Shown here in pieces: positions 62,707 to 64,000 of a stretch of 64,000 bases of DNA (position 1 is the stretch's first letter; every line of letters starts with the position of its first letter). The position numbers and the translations under genes were made by a program. The notes under the pieces were generated by a model. It ran no database searches, had not been told where the DNA came from, and was given only the letters and a program-made list of their open reading frames with translations. The stretch is from assembly GCF_037042905.1 (NCBI RefSeq), contig NC_087252.1, positions 19,408,001 through 19,472,000 on the forward strand, written 5' to 3'. The DNA is from Lytechinus pictus. Its lineage: Eukaryota.

Positions 62707-64000
62707 GTAAGGGGAATGGGAAACACATTTGTTTAATACTAAATTAGTTGAAATGACTGGACTGAAAAATGAATGGCCTGAACAGCTTCCATTAAAAAGG
62801 GGGAATTTCAAAACATAAAGCATCTTTAGGGAGAAATATTATTATATGGGGGCAATGAATAACTAAACTTTAACTGAAACACATATTTAGGTACCTTTGA
62901 GGAGGAAAATGTGTTAGTTTGAGAATAGTTTATGCTCTATCATCATAAGAGGCCGTTTGAATTTAGTGAAATTGGCAAAGTGAAACAATTTGTACATTAG
63001 TATCTACCGGTAGACTTGTGTTCGTAAGCAATTATAAACCTTTTTTTTTATAACCTCATCAACAGAATTCGAAGGGGCACAGTATATTGGAATCATGATC
63101 ACTGTATGGTCATTCAGGCAGGCGGTCAATCTGTCTGTTCTTTGCGTACATGTATCTTGTAGATCATAGTACTTTCTGATTTTCCAATGAATACTCATGA
63201 AATTTGGCAGATACGCATTGGTCCTGGGGTGATGATTTGCAAGCCACATTGTGTAAGATTGAAGCAACAGAAATTAGAGAGATTCTTATTTGATTTCCCC
63301 AAAATTAGCTCGCTCATGTATTGTAGACAAGTAACTTGAAGGAAAAGTGGATTTATATTACATGTATCTTGTTTTGTGGATAAATTAATACTTGCATAAA
63401 TATGGTATTTAAGGGGAATTCTGTGAAAAATGTGTTATATGGAGAAATATTGAATAGCGGACATGCTTTGTAGAATAGCAGACACAAAATGATGAACTTG
63501 GTATTTGAAGATATTGCAAGGGGAATGGGAAACACATTTGTTTACTAAATTAGTTGAAATGACTGGACTGAAAAATGAATGGTCCAAACAGCTTCCATTA
63601 AAAAGGGGGGATTTCAAAACATAAAGCCTCTTTAGGGAGAAATATTATAATCTGGGGGCAATGAATAACTAAATTTTAACTGAAACACATATATGTATTG
63701 AGGTACCTTTGAGGAGGAAAATGTGTTGGTTTGAGAATAGTTTATGCTCTATTCTCATAAGAGGCTGTTTGAATTTAGTGAAATTGGCAAAGAGAAACAA
63801 TTTGTACATTACTCTCTAGACTTGTGTTCGTAAGCAATTAATAACCCTTTTTTTTCATAACCTCATCAACAGAATTAGAAGGGGCATAGTATATTGGAAT
63901 CACTGTATGGTCATTCAGGCAGGCGGACAATCAGTATGTTCTTTGCATATCTTGTAGATCATAGTACTTTCTGATTTTCCAATGAATACTCATGAAATTT
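62707..64000. repeat. ~810 bp tandem duplication (second unit starts ~63516 and runs off the window)
   Basis: AAGGGGAATGGGAAACACATTTGTTTA... and the following ~480 bp recur with high identity. Confidence 0.92.

Overview
AT-rich, repeat-dense eukaryotic (metazoan) genomic DNA. The protein and repeat types suggest a marine invertebrate such as a sea urchin, which is inference only. Almost all entries in the supplied ORF track are spurious. Reading splice sites by hand gives one large + strand gene fragment of 24 GT-AG exons (655..58518, 3318 nt, 1106 codons, open frame, neither start nor stop in the window). It encodes a mosaic extracellular protein: Thr-rich linker - SEA domain with an intact FRPG/SIV autoproteolysis motif - mucin-like Thr/Pro/Glu stalk - LDLa x2 - CUB-like - LDLa x4 - CUB-like - LDLa x3 - CUB-like - LDLa x3 - (continues). 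Its introns are filled with nested DNA transposons, including a 10.8 kb foldback element with three nesting levels, a 1.5 kb near-perfect hairpin and several MITE families. They also contain SINEs, a decayed RTE-type LINE, minisatellites and relic exon copies. The last 5 kb hold a second, hidden spliced gene on the same strand: a CpG-rich promoter and first exon plus two coding exons of a SET-domain (PR-Set7/KMT5A-like) protein. It apparently lies inside an intron of the big gene and is probably transposon-borne.
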